A program made the translations under genes and the position numbers. Shown here in pieces: positions 39,001 through 53,167 of a stretch of 64,000 bases of DNA (position 1 is the first letter of the stretch; each line of letters begins with the position of its first letter). The stretch covers positions 57,228,001-57,292,000 of the forward strand of contig NC_086097.1 in the NCBI RefSeq assembly GCF_963921235.1, read 5' to 3'. The stretch comes from Mobula hypostoma (lineage: Eukaryota). The notes beneath the pieces were generated by a model, which worked only from the letters and a program-made list of their open reading frames with translations, was not told where the DNA came from and did no database searches.

Positions 39001-39959
39001 GTGATTACACCAAAGACCCTTTTATCCCCTAAGGGTGAGACTACTATGGCTAATGCAGACAGTAATACTATACAAAATTAATGCAAGGGGCTAGGTTCTC
39101 TTCCTGCTCCCACCCACCCCGTTCTTAAAACAAAATGCATTTCTGAGCTCTGTCGCTGGTGTATGCTTGATTGAGGAAACAGCTGTTCTTGCTAATGGAA
39201 AATAGTATTTGAGTAAACAAGCCAAGGAAGCTTGAATGCCTTGCATGAAGTATGATTTTGTTTTCACATGAAGCTGAAACTGTAAATGCAATATTTTGGC
39301 TTACAGAAACACATTTTATAGTGCACCAGATTACTGCTCCTGTGCTTGTTATGCATCAAGTTCTCAAAATGTATTTGTTTTAAATACAACTTTAGAAACT
39401 ATATGGTAATCTTATACCACTGTGGGAAATATTTCCAAAATTTCTATTGATGCAAAAGCCATCTAGCTAAATGATGTGTTCATTTAAAAATACTGTATTT
39501 AAAGGGGAAGGTAGATATAGGCCACAGCTATGTTTTATTTCTATAAATGTCAGCCATAAAGCTGTGCCAGGCACTGTTGCTATGTGATACTTGAGCTGGG
39601 CGTGTTCAAATTAACTGCTGATTCAGATTTGTCGTCCCCTTAAGCAATTATCTCAATTTTTGTTTAGACTTCATGTTCAAGCAGTAGCATGGTTCTTTTG
39701 TATTATACAGTTCAAGCGTGAAATGTCCTGACTCACCCATTCTTCAAATGTTTCACGGGCATTCTCATAAGTATTTGATTTCATTTATATCAAGAAGGGT
39801 GATCTGAATTTTGTATCTTCAAATGCTGTTGAGATCAATATTTGTAATGAGGTTTGTCGTGATTCTTACATGCAACTTATCAGTATTAATTGGAGGAGCT
39901 TGTCTTCTTCTCCACTTTGAATTAAAATTAATTCACCAGAGCTTGCTTTCTCACAGCTT

Positions 39960-40255
39960 CAGCCACTCAGTGTTCAATTCTGACCTATGGTGCTGTCTGT
40001 ATGGAGGTCACATATTCTGCCTGTGAATATGTGGGTTTTGTCCAGATGCTCTATTTTACTCCCACATTATAAAAGCAAGCTAGTTGTCAGGTTCATTTTC
40101 TATAGAAAATTGCCTGTTGTGTAAGTATTAAATTGGGGGAGGGGTTGTTATGGTGTGTTAGTAAATATGTGAGAGAATGGGTTGCAAGAAAATGGTGGGA
40201 AATGAGATTGAGAGCTAGCAGATACTCTGAGCCAAATGGCTGCCTCCTTTTCCTT
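39960..40255 (+). mobile_element. V-SINE/HE1-like SINE, decayed
   Basis: gttcaattctgacc..gctgtctgtatggag..catattct..gtgggtttt core and a tail gagccaaatggctgcctcct. Confidence 0.55.
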
Positions 40256-43059
40256 ATGAAATTAGCTCAAAGGTTTTGTAAATGCAAAATTCATTCAATT
40301 CTCATTCCAGTATCAGTACTACCATTCTCACCAATTTTAGATTGTGCAAATGTAAGTCAGCATTTATGTGCATATTATTTGGACTGTTTTCAATATGAAA
40401 CCATCTGTGGTGACACTTTGGAATGAATGTTGTGGCTTTAAGTATGAAGGAAAGATTTGATTGGCATAGAGAGAGACAGAAGAAGCTCCTGTGTTTAGAA
40501 CAGAGATAGTCCAAGGGTTATTTGGTAGTAGTTCAAATTATAAATTGTTTTTGAAATTCACGTGTATTGTTTATAATGTGTCTGTAACTAGACAGCACCT
40601 ATTTATAGTTATTGTCAAAAGAACTAAGGGAGCATTTCAGCTCATGCATTGTTAGGATATGGAGAATGCCCTCCTGAAAGGTGCTCGAGGCAAGCTCATA
40701 AGTTTCTTTCTAAAGGTGAGTAAATAATTTAAAATATTTTTAGGAAATTTTTCTGAAGGTTAGGGGAATAGGAAATTGCTAAATTTTCCAAATATTTGGG
40801 ATTGGAATTGTTGGACCCAAGGGTGGTCTTCCAATCTATATTATTCTATAACTAAAGCTAGTTAGTGTGATCATTTGCCACATCATTTGTAGAACTTCCC
40901 TGCTGCCAAGAATGAAAATCACTCAATTGATCCAAGTTAGTATGAGCCTGCATCATAACATTTCCTTACATTGGCAGACTTTCACAAAAGTACCATAAAG
41001 AAAGATGATGTAGGCAATGGGTAATGACACTTAGTAAATGAGGAGGGCTGTTCTAAGTTATTAGTTGTGTCACAGTAGAAGGGAACCAGAATACATTTGT
41101 AAAAGTGTTTTGCTTGGCCAGGAATCTGTTTTTCTGGTGCTCAAAATAGAAACATAAATTCTTTTCCAAGCATTGGCAAACTCTGTTTTGTGTTTTTACA
41201 AAAACTATTAACCAATTAATAGTGATGCACAAAGATTGAGTAAATTTGCTCTAAATTTAAAATGTAAATATTGGAATGTGCAATAGATTATTGTCCCTCA
41301 AATTCTGAGCCGCTTAAAATGTTTTTTTAAACCAAAATATACTTTGCAATGGACCTTCTTAGTTATGGCTTTTGAGATGTACTTTCACATTTTTAAATAT
41401 TTGCAGGACACTATAGAAATCTTATTCATTATATATCTGGCAGTATGCCAAATAGTTTATGTAAGTAATTCCCAATTTTTTCTGTTGGAAAGGCAATAGT
41501 TAATTGTTGCTTGAAATACTGCTGAAGATTCTTAGAGCAGTTTGGATCACATTTGAAACTAGCATTGACTATTGGAGAAAATAAGGATAGTGTATGACAA
41601 AAATTATGTGAAATGATCATATGAGACAAGGTTGTTGCTGCAGCCTGCAGCAGTTAGAAATTAATGATTGTAATATTCCTAACTGCCTTCAAGGCACACT
41701 CCAAGAGGTGTGCAATATTTTGCTCCATAAATTTCTGCATTCTCATAGCTCTCATTTTGTAACTATCTTTGTTTTTTTTTAACTTTGCAAAAATGAATAT
41801 AACAGATTTGACTCATTTCATTGCTGTACCATTGCATCTGGCAACCAGCCTTCCAAAGAGGATGGATTTATTCTGGAATGCAAGGGTACAAAAGCTCCAG
41901 CAAGAGCACTAGGTAATTAACTTCTCGTGTACCAAAGTTTTTTTCAACTCTGCTACAAAAAGTACCTTTACTGTGTTTATTTTTGTGCATAATTGATTTG
42001 GATAATTATACACCATATAGTAAGATGAAAAAGGAGTTGGTCTCCACCTCAGCTGAGAAATATAAATGCATGATTTTTGTGCCACTATTTGCATTAGTTG
42101 TAGCTTTATGGCAAACCATTTACTGACAATGATGTCAGCAATCTCCTTTAGAGCCTGGGGCTTCTTGACTGGTATTGTGTGCAATCTAAAGCATTTCATT
42201 TGACAGATAAGCTACTCAAGGCTAAGGCAGTGTTTCATGACCTCTTTAAACATGTGGGCAGTGAAAGCTTTTTCCTATTCCTTTTTGGATTAAAAAAAGG
42301 TTCTAATTTATTTGATTTGCTACTTTGTTTTTCTTCTATGCCTTTTAAAATTCTGACTATGATAGCTTTTTGCAGATAACCAAAATAATAGGCGTTGTAT
42401 ATGGAAGAGTACTTTTATCCGAAACTATATAGCAATTAACATAGCTTCAATGCTTGTCACCATTGTGCAGAGGACAAATTGTGCATGTAATCACAGTCAA
42501 ATAAATTCCATTTTGCATTTCATTTGTAGACGGTATTATCCAGAAACATCCTTTTATTACCTCCTTTTTGACAGAAATTCATATCCTCTTTTAAGCCAGT
42601 CTCGTCCCAAGGATTAAAGCAGAATTGTAGAGGTAAATATTTGAATAAAATTTATGTACTTTATCCATGATAGTATAGATAATATAAGAAAGTACTGTAT
42701 ATATTTTGTTTCTAAATCCCTGTTTTTGACCTTGGCGTAGACAAAAAAAAAAGTATAGGCATAAATTTGGCTTGTGGAATCTTATTAAGGCAGCATTTAA
42801 GTATATATTTTTGCATATATCTTGGAACTTAAACTCATCTTAAGGAGCTTCAGCACCTCTTTCAGAATTGAAATATGCATGCAATTTGGATCATAGGATA
42901 CAACCATATTAAATTTCTGAAGGGAGTTTTGCCAGTTTCCTGAAGTCATTCTAGGGATTTGGTTGTTAGGTTTTACTATTGAGAGACTTTCAAAAATATT
43001 ACAGCGTGTTCATTTGACATTTTCATTTTGTATTTCACGAGTTTTGCTTGTCATTTAGT

Positions 43060-45821
43060 TGGATGGAAAGAAAGCTTAAAAAGCCATTACACTATTCTAA
43101 TTCTGGCCCACCTATTACTAGAGAAGAAATAACTGAAGCAATGAAAAGCATGAAACATGGTAAAGCCACTGCACCTGATGGAATTTCAGTGGAAATGATA
43201 CAAGCCCTAGAAGATCTGGGCATAGATATTCTTTTTGAACTGTTTAATGGCATATATGAGTCTGGTGTATTGCCTGACGATCTCTTGAAATCAATATTTA
43301 TAACTCTGCCAAAAATTCCTGGGACTATTGACTGCGAAAATTATAGAACAATCAGTCATGAGTCACATCATAAAAGATTTTTTTGAGAATTGTTCTGAGT
43401 TGAATTAAAAACAAGTTAAGACCAGAAACTTCTAAACTGCAATATGGGTTTATAGAGGATAGAGGAACTAGGAACACAAGTTTCATACTAAGAATGCTTT
43501 CAGAAAGGGCAATTGAATATGAAAATGATATCTTTTTATGTTTTATTGATTTCACTAAAGCATTCGACAAAGTGCAACTTGAAAAATTATTTCCAATTCT
43601 TGCTAAAGTAAACATTGACGGAAGGGACTAACAACTGCTTCAAAATTTATATTGGAATCAAACAGCGGCGGTAAAAATTGATGATAATACAAGCAGTTGG
43701 ACTAAAATTCAAAGAGGAGTTAGACAGGGATGTGCTGCCTCACTGGAATTATTTAATGTCTATAGTGAAATGATTCTCAGAGAAATAGATGACCTAGATG
43801 GGATAAAAATTGGAGGTGTTAACATGAACAATAAAAGATATGCAGATGCTGCAGAAGACCTACAAATTCTCCTAGACAAAGTAGTACGAACAAGTGCAGA
43901 TTTTGGTCTAACCATCAACTTTTAAAAAAAAAAATACCACCAAATGTATGGTAATGTCAAAACAGTAGGATACTCCCAACTGTGTATCGGTAATCAAGAG
44001 ATTGAACAAAAGACCAGTTTTAATTACCTTGGTAGCTTTATATCACAAGATGCTAGAAGTAACTACTACTACGTCAACTCAGGCCTAGGGGGCCAGCATC
44101 GGGCATGATGACGGACTCTCCACTTCTCCCTCTCCCTCATCAGTGTGTTCAGTTCATCAACATTAGCCACGCCGCTGTCTTCTAGGAGCGTGTTGACCAT
44201 AGTCTTGGGAGGGCACCTAGGGTTCATCCTCCCATGCTTGGGCTCCCATATGACTAGGCTGGCAGGTAGCTCGGGGTGGCGTAGACAGTGCCCGGCTAGT
44301 TGTAGTCTTCTCGCCTCGATTTTAGTGGTGAACATCAGTAGGTCATCACAGAGCTCGACGTTTGTTATGTGCTGTTGCCAACTCACGTCAAGAGCCATCC
44401 GGAGCATTCGTGTATAGCAACCATCTAGAGACTTTTGCGTAGTCTTGGTGAGTATCCACGCCTCACATCCGTATGTGAGAATGGACTCTATGACTGCTAT
44501 GAAGATCCTCTTTTTAAGCCCTCTGGTCAGGTTCGACTTCCAGATTTCCTTCACGTCGTTCATAGCCCAACATGCCAGTGCCTTCCGTATCTTTATGTCC
44601 TTCTCCGAACTCATCATTCTTGACCCGAGGGACTTGTAGTCAAAGGCTTTCTTAATGGTATCATTCTTTACGGTCTTGAGAGTACCTTTGTTGCAGTTAA
44701 ACGCTATGTATTCTGTCTTTTTAGTGTTTAGGTGAAGTTCAACTTTAATGCACTCAATTTCCGCTTTCGTCAGTAGCTGCTGTGCTTCCTCCATCTGATC
44801 AGAGAGCAGGACTATATCATCTGCAAAATCGAGATCTGTAAGCGTAACTGGTCTGACCCTTTTGGTTCATCCTGGTTTTATGGTAAAACCAAGCTTGTCA
44901 TGATCTTTGATAGCTTGACGCAGAGCGTAATCAAGGACAATTATAAAAATGTAGGGTGCCAGAGTGTCTCCTTGCAGCACACCAGCTAGAAGCTCGAACA
45001 CTGCTGTTTCTCCGTCTGGTGATACAACTTTCGCCATGGTTTTGGTATAGCTGGACTCTATTGCCCTCAGTAGATGGTCTGGCACTCCATAAGCTTTCAG
45101 GATCTTCAGGATTTTACCTCGGTGAATGGAGTCAAAAGCTTTGCGAAAATTGATGTAAGTAAGCGCGGCTGGTAGGTTGTTCTTCTTGACTTCCTCGATG
45201 ATTCTACGGAGAGCAAGTATTTGCATTACTGTTGCGTGCTTCTGTCAAAAACCATTCTGATTATTATGATGACAGGCTAGAAGTAAAGTAGAAATAAAAA
45301 GAAGAATTGCCATTGCCAAAACCAAATGAAACCCATTTTTACCAACAGACACATTTCTATGCTTAGGCTACTAAAATGTTACATATGATCAATCTTGCTG
45401 TATGCTTCTGAAACATGGATTATAACACCAGAACTCCAAAGAAACTTAGAAGCAACAGAAATGTGGTTTCTTAGAAGAATGCTGAAAATATCATACAGAG
45501 ATAGGGTAACTAATGAGACAGTACTCCAACGTGCTCATATCAAAAGCTCTTTAGTGAGAACATTAAATGAGAGGAAACTTAAATTCCTGGGCCTTGTCAT
45601 CAGAAAGGGAGAAATAGAATGCCTTACATTACAAGGCTATATGCCTGGGAAACATGGTAGAGGAAGGCAAAGAAGAAAATATATGGACACTGTGAAAGAA
45701 CTAACATCTAAGTGTGTGAGATATTATTGACTCTGTGAGGGATCGTTCAATGTGGAGAGCCATGACCGCTCAAGTGTGTAACACGCGCAAGGCACATGAA
45801 GAAGAAGAAGAAGAAGAAGAA
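43060..45821 (+). mobile_element. RTE (BovB-like) LINE, 5'-truncated, with nested insertion
   Basis: ORF 43048-43386 (KATAPDGISVEM...CENYRTIS), CFIDFTKAFDKV, GVRQGC, YADA, ORF 45395-45730 (LYASETW...EMWFLRRMLKISY) and a (GAA)n tail at 45798-45821. Confidence 0.9.
44063..45275 (-). mobile_element. Second RTE-clade LINE nested in the opposite orientation
   Basis: ORFs 44867-45226 (GVLQGDTLAP) and 44069-44794, FADD at about 44815-44830, a (GTA)n tail, and an 11-bp TSD gctagaagtaa at 44052-44062 and 45276-45286. Confidence 0.9.
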
Positions 45822-45889
45822 ACTAAGCTGATTTAAAAAAAAGAATTTTATTTGCCTTGCATCATCAATTATGGCATTCTGTGTGCAGG

Positions 45890-46065
45890 ATATTTATTTA
45901 TTTAGAGATACAGCACTGAACAGGCCCTTCTGGCCGAATAAGCCACACTACCCAGCAGCCCATCTACTTAACCCTAGCCTAATTACAAGACAATTTACAA
46001 TGATGGGTACGTCTTTGGAATGTGGGATGAAACCAGAGCAGCCGGAGGAAATCCAGGAGTACATA
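45890..46065 (-). mobile_element. SINE (V-SINE-like), decayed
   Basis: (TTTA)n tail, gagatacagc..aacaggcccttc, acaatttacaatga, gtctttggaatgtgggatgaaacc. Confidence 0.6.
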
Positions 46066-46799
46066 CAAAATTCTGGTCTGCTTCAGAACTGAAAGCAACC
46101 TGTGGGTGAAATGCATTTTGGTCTCGTTGAAATGATGCAATGAAACCTGGGCTGAACGCCTGTTCCTGTGTTGTACTGTTCTATGTTAAATGCTACCATG
46201 TAGCTTTTAAAACATTCAAAGAAAACTAGCAAGTATATTAAATAGGGCTTAAAAGTAAATCTGTAAAACAAAAGAAATACTTGCTTGAAAAATATGGTAA
46301 TACCTATTTAGATTCCTTAAGGCAAAAATCTAAATGTCTGTCAGTACAAAGGTGAACCATTTTAACTAGCTTTACACTAACTTGCCTAAAGATTTTGTTT
46401 ACCCAGTTTTATGAGCATAAAAACAGCCTGTGTATGAATATAAAGTAATAGCCATGTGGAATTTTTCACACTTCCAGCAGGGGTCATTGAATAATGATCA
46501 ACAGCTGGAAGTTTGCCCAGTTTTTGCCTCAATTCAGATCACTGGCGTTACTGCCTGAGCTAAAACCAGGTAATCAACCAAAAAGTGGTTTATTAGTACG
46601 ATAGGCCAGAATTATTTATTATGATAAATTTCATCTTATAACATTTATACACACAGGAAAACAGCCATATAGACAAGAACAGCAGCTTGTATTTATAGTT
46701 TCTTGAATAACATTGACTTGTATTTCTATGTGAATTAGCAGTATGTTCTAATAAGTTTCACGGGATTTTTTGTTACCAAACAACTAGTGATTGATGGTT

Positions 46800-47540
46800 A
46801 AGTCACAGTTCAGCAGAAATGGCTCTTTGGTCCAACTTGTGCATGCCAAGCATGTATCTTCAATGTACCTGTTTAATTGACTTTTAAACTTTATAGTTGT
46901 ACCAACTTCTGCCACTTCTTGCATTTGGTTTCATATACATACCTACTACCCTCTGTGGAAAAACGTGCCCTTCACGTTCCTGTTTTAAATACTTCCCCTC
47001 TTGCCTTAAACATATGTCCTTTAGTTTTAGGCTCCCCTACTTTTGGAGGAAAAAGTATTTTGTAACAACCTGTCTCATCTATTCTTATTATTTTATAAAC
47101 CCCGAGGAGGTCTCCCCTCAACCTCCTTCATTCTAGGAAAACGTCCCAGCATTCTCTGTCCTTGCAATTCTGGCAACATCCTTTTGAATCTTTTCTGTAC
47201 CCTCTAGCCTAATCACATCCTTCCTGTAGAATGGTTACCAGATGTTCTTGGTGTGGTCTCCCTAATGTCTTGTACAAGTATAACACGACATCATAGTGCC
47301 CCATCTGATGAAGGCAAACCACACTTCTCGACTCTGTCACCATTTTCAGGGAATGATGTACTTGTACCCTATGTCTTTCTGTTCAATAGTACCTTGTATA
47401 GTACAGTACAAAACCCTTGTCATGCACTATATATATCCTGCCCTGGTTTAACTTCCCAATCTGGATCACTTTGCACTTGACTAATTTAAATTCCATCTGT
47501 CATTCCTCAGCCTACTTTCCCAGTTGATCTTCACTATGGT
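46800..47540 (-). mobile_element. Old CR1 3' fragment
   Basis: Similar to the minus-strand CR1 at 54928-56055 (ctaccctctgtgg, tggcaacatcct, cacatccttcctgtag). Confidence 0.65.
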
Positions 47541-47974
47541 TGGTTGGAGAGTATTTCTCCTGAATTAGTACATGATGTCAGCAAGCAACTTGACAATTAA
47601 GAAAGAGCAGTATCAAGAGAGAAGATGGCGAGGTGGAACTGAGTGAGCGTTATCAAGCTAATCTGTGTTTTCGGATTATTTTAGTGAGCAGCACAGGTGG
47701 ATAAAGGCCAAGAATGCCAGAGGTAACAATGTCAGTTTGGGAAAATATATAGTTGCTTGTTGTTCTCTGATTTCTACTAAGCGAATATATGCAGAACCAT
47801 GTAAGTGTGGTCCCACCCAAGTTTACAAACAATGAGTAATAAGGCCAGGAGCCAAAAATGACGTATTTGGATTAGAACTATTGAAAGTACAAGGGTGAGT
47901 GTTGTAACAATATATTAAAAAAAAATAAGATTTTCATTTCCCTTTGAAGAACTTGGAAAGAATCAAGATGCATC

Positions 47975-48021
47975 ATTTGATCCATTGAAGGCTAATAGAG
48001 TTAGTCTTCAATGGATCAAAT
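47975..48021. repeat. Isolated 21-bp inverted repeat with 5-nt loop
   Basis: atttgatccattgaaggctaa-tagag-ttagtcttcaatggatcaaat, with one G-U pair. Confidence 0.9.
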
Positions 48022-48614
48022 TTAGGGCTAAATAAACAATAAAGATATAATAACATTTAATCATATTTGAATTATTTGGTTATCACTTATATTTGACAGT
48101 CATAGGCAACAGTTCCAACAAGTAGCTGTTGATGTGATTTTAACTGTATTTTACAAATTAAAATGAGCGCTAAATATCTCATAATTTAAGGGGAACTAAA
48201 TTTGACAACGTTAGAAAATGTGTATTTGCATGATTAGTGTTCCATTTAACAAAATTACACAAAGATGGTTAACAAAACATTGAAAAATATATCAGTATGT
48301 CTTTGATATTTAAACAGTGAGATGCCATTATGAATGTTCTGGCAAGTCAAGCACTACTATTCCCAGTACACTTCCTGAAGGTGAAAGAGTAGACATAGTT
48401 TCAAACCCTTTTAAGCCAAATACAGGTTTAATTCCTTTGTGGCTCCCTAATAGAGTAAAACAAGGGGTGGAATTATATTGTGGCAAGTTTAGATTGGAAT
48501 TTTTATTTTTGGGTGTGAATTTTATCAGAAAATTTTAAATGATTAACTTGTAGTTTGGAAAAGTTAAGGCACATTGACAAGTGACATTGAGAAGTTAAGG
48601 CACATCTGCTGTTT

Positions 48615-48860
48615 CACTGCTCCTGTGACCCAGGTTTAATCCTAACCTTCAGTGTTAATGGTGTGCAGTTTTCATGTTCTTCCTGTGACAGTGTGGGTTT
48701 TGTCCAAGCGCTCTTGCTTTTTCCCATATTCTAAAGATGGGGGTTAAAAGTAAATTGCCCCTAGTGTGTAGGTGAGTATGAGAAATTGGGTGGAGATGAT
48801 GTGAATGTGGCTTGTTGGTCAGCATGGGCTTGTGGGGGCAAAGTGAATGTAGCTGCTGTA
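48615..48860 (+). mobile_element. V-SINE/HE1-like SINE, decayed
   Basis: gacccaggtttaatcc..catgttcttcctgtgac.gtgtgggtttt..taaattgcccctagtgtgtagg. Confidence 0.55.
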
Positions 48861-49784
48861 TTATTATGATTACAATGACCATGTCCATAAGTCATGAACT
48901 ATTTTTGAACTGAGTGTTATTTGGAGATAAAGTTCAAAATTTATACCTATTTCATTAAATAAACCTAAAACAGCTAGAGCATTAAGAAATTTGTATCTGT
49001 GTGTGCTAACAGTGTAGACAAATTCCTAACGAAATGGACATCAGTAGGAAGACGTGCAGTATACAAAGCAGGAGGGATAGAAAGAGGAATTAATTAATTT
49101 TAGGACAGTCTTTAAAAGAGCAGAGATGGCTGAAGGGAGGTTTTTTTAAGATCTGGGAATTTATGATGGTGGTACATAAATTGCTACTAATGGGAGGATA
49201 GGGTGGAATTGAATCTGGTGACTACAGAGTTGATATGATTCAGGTTCTTTAATGGAAGATACATTTTTGAATGCATGAGTCTTTAGAATTTGATTGGCTT
49301 AAGCTGAAACGATGGAAATACAATACCAAAAAATGAAATTGTTGAATTTGTGACTGACGATTATTCTGGCATGGGACTTTTACATTTCAATGCACATTGG
49401 ACACATTAGTTAATTCAATTTGGAAATAAGGAGTGTTGTGCGCTATACGGTAGATATTGGCAGGAAAATAAGGCAAAAGAATCAAGTGACATTAAAAATT
49501 CTTATTACAAGCGGTGTAGGATTTGGAATGCATTGCAGGGGGATTGTAATGGAAGCACATCCAATTGCAGCTTTGAAGAGGGAATTGGATAAGAAATCTG
49601 AAAGGAAAGGATTTATGGGTTTGGGAAATGACAGGAAAGCGAGCCCAGTTGGAGTTGAATGTATGTAAAGCTGGTATGAGCTTAATGGACCAAATCACCT
49701 TCTGTAATGCAGAAACTATTTTGAGGTACTATGAAGTGAAATTTGAAATGATACTTTAAGAAACTTGTATTGAATATTTAAAAA

Positions 49785-49978
49785 GTTGCAGATGCTGGAA
49801 ATCTGAAACAAAAGCAGACAATGTTGGAAACATTAAACAGGATAGTGGAGTTTATGGAAGGAGAAGCAGAATTAGAATTTCACATCGGAAGGGTCCTCTT
49901 GAAATGTTAACTCAGTTTCTTTTTCTACAGATGCTGTCTGACCTGGTGCGCACCTTTAGTATTTTCTATTTTGTTTCA
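49785..49978. mobile_element. Old fold-back element made of two inverted Penelope-type 3' ends
   Basis: The left arm gcagatgctggaaatctgaaacaaaa.. and right arm ..tctacagatgctgtctgacctg..attttctattttgtttc are inverted-similar, with the hammerhead-like remnant gaagggtcctcttgaaatgttaact between them. Confidence 0.5.
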
Positions 49979-52389
49979 TTAACTACTGTTACTTTCCATA
50001 TTTGACATAAAACAAAGATTGACTAATGATATTTTAAAATGTTGGTTATTTTGATGAGGCAATTCTTTTCTCAAAAAGGAATTCTTTGTATTTTAAAATG
50101 ATTAAAAGGCATAAAGGGACAAAATTATCAAATTCATACAATGTTCAGTTTTATTAGTTTTCAGCAAATATCAACTAATTTTATAACAGTGAGAAGTTCT
50201 GCCAACTCCTGCACATCTGTTTCCATCAGATTTACATGCAAAAATGGATTCAGGAAATCTGTGCCTTTTAATTTTGGTGGTTTTGTGCAATCTAAACAAA
50301 TATACAAAGTTTGTACAAAAACATTTATTTTTAATGGAAATTTAAAACAGAAAATCTTTCAGGTTGATACAGTTGTTAAGTCAGGAGTTAACTACTATGT
50401 ATGGTTTTGCCCGTTCTAAAGACGTTTTGAGTCTGTGATTTCATATACCTACTACTGAGTTTGTAGAATTACTGTATTTACAGAATAATGTTAAAAGATA
50501 ATTTATTTCTATCTATTTGAACAACAAAAGATGTTTCTGCATCTGATTTTACAGTGTTTCTTGTAAATGTCAATTTTTTAAAAATTCAGAGTTTTGTTTT
50601 TTATAAAACCTATTTTCCTTCCTTGGCTTTGTTTCGGCTTGACTAGCCCTTCCCCCACCAGTCTCTGGGCCCCTTAAATGATACACTCCTTTGGCTTTGA
50701 ACTGAAACATGCACTGTTTGATGCCTTTCCAGTTTTTCAGGAGCAGTGTAACTTGGCTTTGTATTCCTGTTTTGTTTGAGCCTTAAATTCAGCAATGACA
50801 GATTTTACTCCTGATTCTGTTTACTCCTGAAAACATGGTGATCGATGGTTACTGAATGAATCTGTGTTGCTGTATAAGCAGCATGAATTCAATTTGCTGG
50901 CATTCACGATGCCTCATACACTAATTCTACCACACAGAATTTATAGTTTACAAACTTTTGTACATTATGGTTACAGTACTGGAAACTTAAATAGTGACAA
51001 GTGAATAGGGAAAAAAAAGGGAAAATAGAAACCTTATGTTGAGATCATGAGATTAATTGAGACAGCAAGCCTTCATGAATAAAAGTAAAGTAATCTAAAA
51101 CTGAAATTAACTTTTTTGCTTAAATAGTATTGCTGCTGTGATTAAATAAAGAATGCAAACTCCTTTATTGCTTCAGGCTTGCTTTCATCAAAGGTTGCCA
51201 GCCATTTTGGCTTGAGAGACTACAAATTCCATTAGAGCCTCAGAGTTATACCAGTTACTGGTTGCATCATGCAGTCTTTTGCGTTTTATCAGGCTGAAAT
51301 GAGTCCTAATTTCTCCCTTCCCTCATATATAATTAAAGTCAAATCTCTACCCACTAACTGCCATTTATCATTCGAGTCATTCATACCTATCCTCTGCTTT
51401 TTGTATCACATCATGTGACCACCTCTGAGACAGTTCAGTCGGTTAATCTTTCATGAGAAGCAGGATGTGAAGCCACAAGCTATGACAGCGAAAGAATTAG
51501 AATTACTGAAGGCAAGGTCAGATCTGGGCCATTCATTGTCCACATTCTGGCCTGCAGCCATCACTCAGAAAAAATATTTGCATAACAGGAACTTCAGTAG
51601 TTAAGGCAACATGGCTTGTAGGGGGAGGTGAGGCAGTTGCCGCATCATCATTATCTGACAGATTTGTCAGTAGGTGTGACTTGCGATCATTGATTTTGCA
51701 AAGCTGTAATATTTTGCCTATCCCAAATAGAGTGCTTTCCAAGTAGAAGTTTAAAAACTAATTAATCTGAAATAAAGAAAACTTGCAAAAGTATACTACA
51801 GACATTTTTAAAATTTGAAATTGAGAATATTGTCCTTTAACAGACTTTCAAATCTGATTTGTAAGCAATTGTTAAGTAGCTGCACGGAGGTACTAAGGTA
51901 AATAGCCTCAGGTAAGGGAGTCTTTTCCAGTAAGTTCTGTCCCAGGGTTGACTGAGGAGCCTGTCCTAGGCATCAGATGTGTATCAACTCATGATCAAGG
52001 TGCACAAAACTAAGCCAAAGAGGAATTAACAAGATTTGCATGCTAACCTTCAGTTTGAATGGATAGATTGCCTTTTGTTTCTCTAACATCAAAATTTAAC
52101 ACTTCTCTTCCTAGCTTTAAAAAAACTATTTATTGCCCATCACTATAATTTTTTTGCAAAAGTGTTATTTAGAGAAATGCATACATTGTAAGAAAATATT
52201 AAATGTGAACCCTTATTCTCTTGTGTGTTAATTATTTGTTTTTTGAGGTTTCTTTTACATCCTCTAACTTGTACATTTGTAATCATTATTTGATAGCTGT
52301 TCATCACTTGAATTAAGTTAAAATATGATGGTATCTTGATATGTGAGTTTGAGCATGCAGGTTGTCAATAGTGAGTACAGGACACTCGA

Positions 52390-53022
52390 TGTCAATAAGA
52401 CCAGGGAATTATTGTAGACTTGAGGAGGGGGAAGTTGAGAGAACACACACCAGTCCACGTTAAGGGATCAGAAGTGGGTAGGGTGGTTAGTTTCAAGTTC
52501 TTGTGTGTCAGTGTCTCTGAGGATCTACCCTGGGCCCAGAAGACATGACAGTGGCTACATTTTATTAGGAGTTTGAGAATTGGTATGTCACCTAAGGTGC
52601 TTGCAAATGACAACAGATATATGGTGGAGGGCATTCTAACTGGTTGCATCACCATCTGGTATGAAAGGGCCACTGAACAGGAATGGAAAAAGTTGCAGAA
52701 AGTTGCAAATTCTGCCAGCTCCATCATGGACACTAGCCTCCTCTGCATCCAGAACACCTTCAAAAACTGATGATTCAGAAAGATGTCAATCATCGTTAAG
52801 GATCCCCATCACCCAGCACATTCCCTCATTTCATTGCTACCTCCAAGAAGAGGTACAGGAGCCTGAAAACACACACTCAATGTTCCAGGAATGGCTTCTT
52901 TCCCTCTGTCATCAAATTTCTGAATGGACAATGAACAGTACCTCACTATTTTATCTGTAACTGCTGTTGCCGCAGATCAGTAAATTTCACAACATATGCC
53001 AGTGATATTAAATCTGATTCTA
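52390..53022 (+). mobile_element. Rex1/Babar-like (L2/CR1 group) LINE 3' fragment
   Basis: ELIVDLRR..FKFL, VEGILTGCITIWY..KKLQKVANSA, and a tail taaatctgattct. Confidence 0.7.
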
Positions 53023-53167
53023 AGTAAGGTCATATCTATATCTGACCTTCAGTGTATTCCATATTTCTGCTATCTGGAACGTGTTGCAGCTAGCTGGAGT
53101 TTTCTGTGGCACCAAATCTAGCTGCTTGCACAATCTGAGCCTTGGTTTTTTTTTGTGTGTCTTTTTC

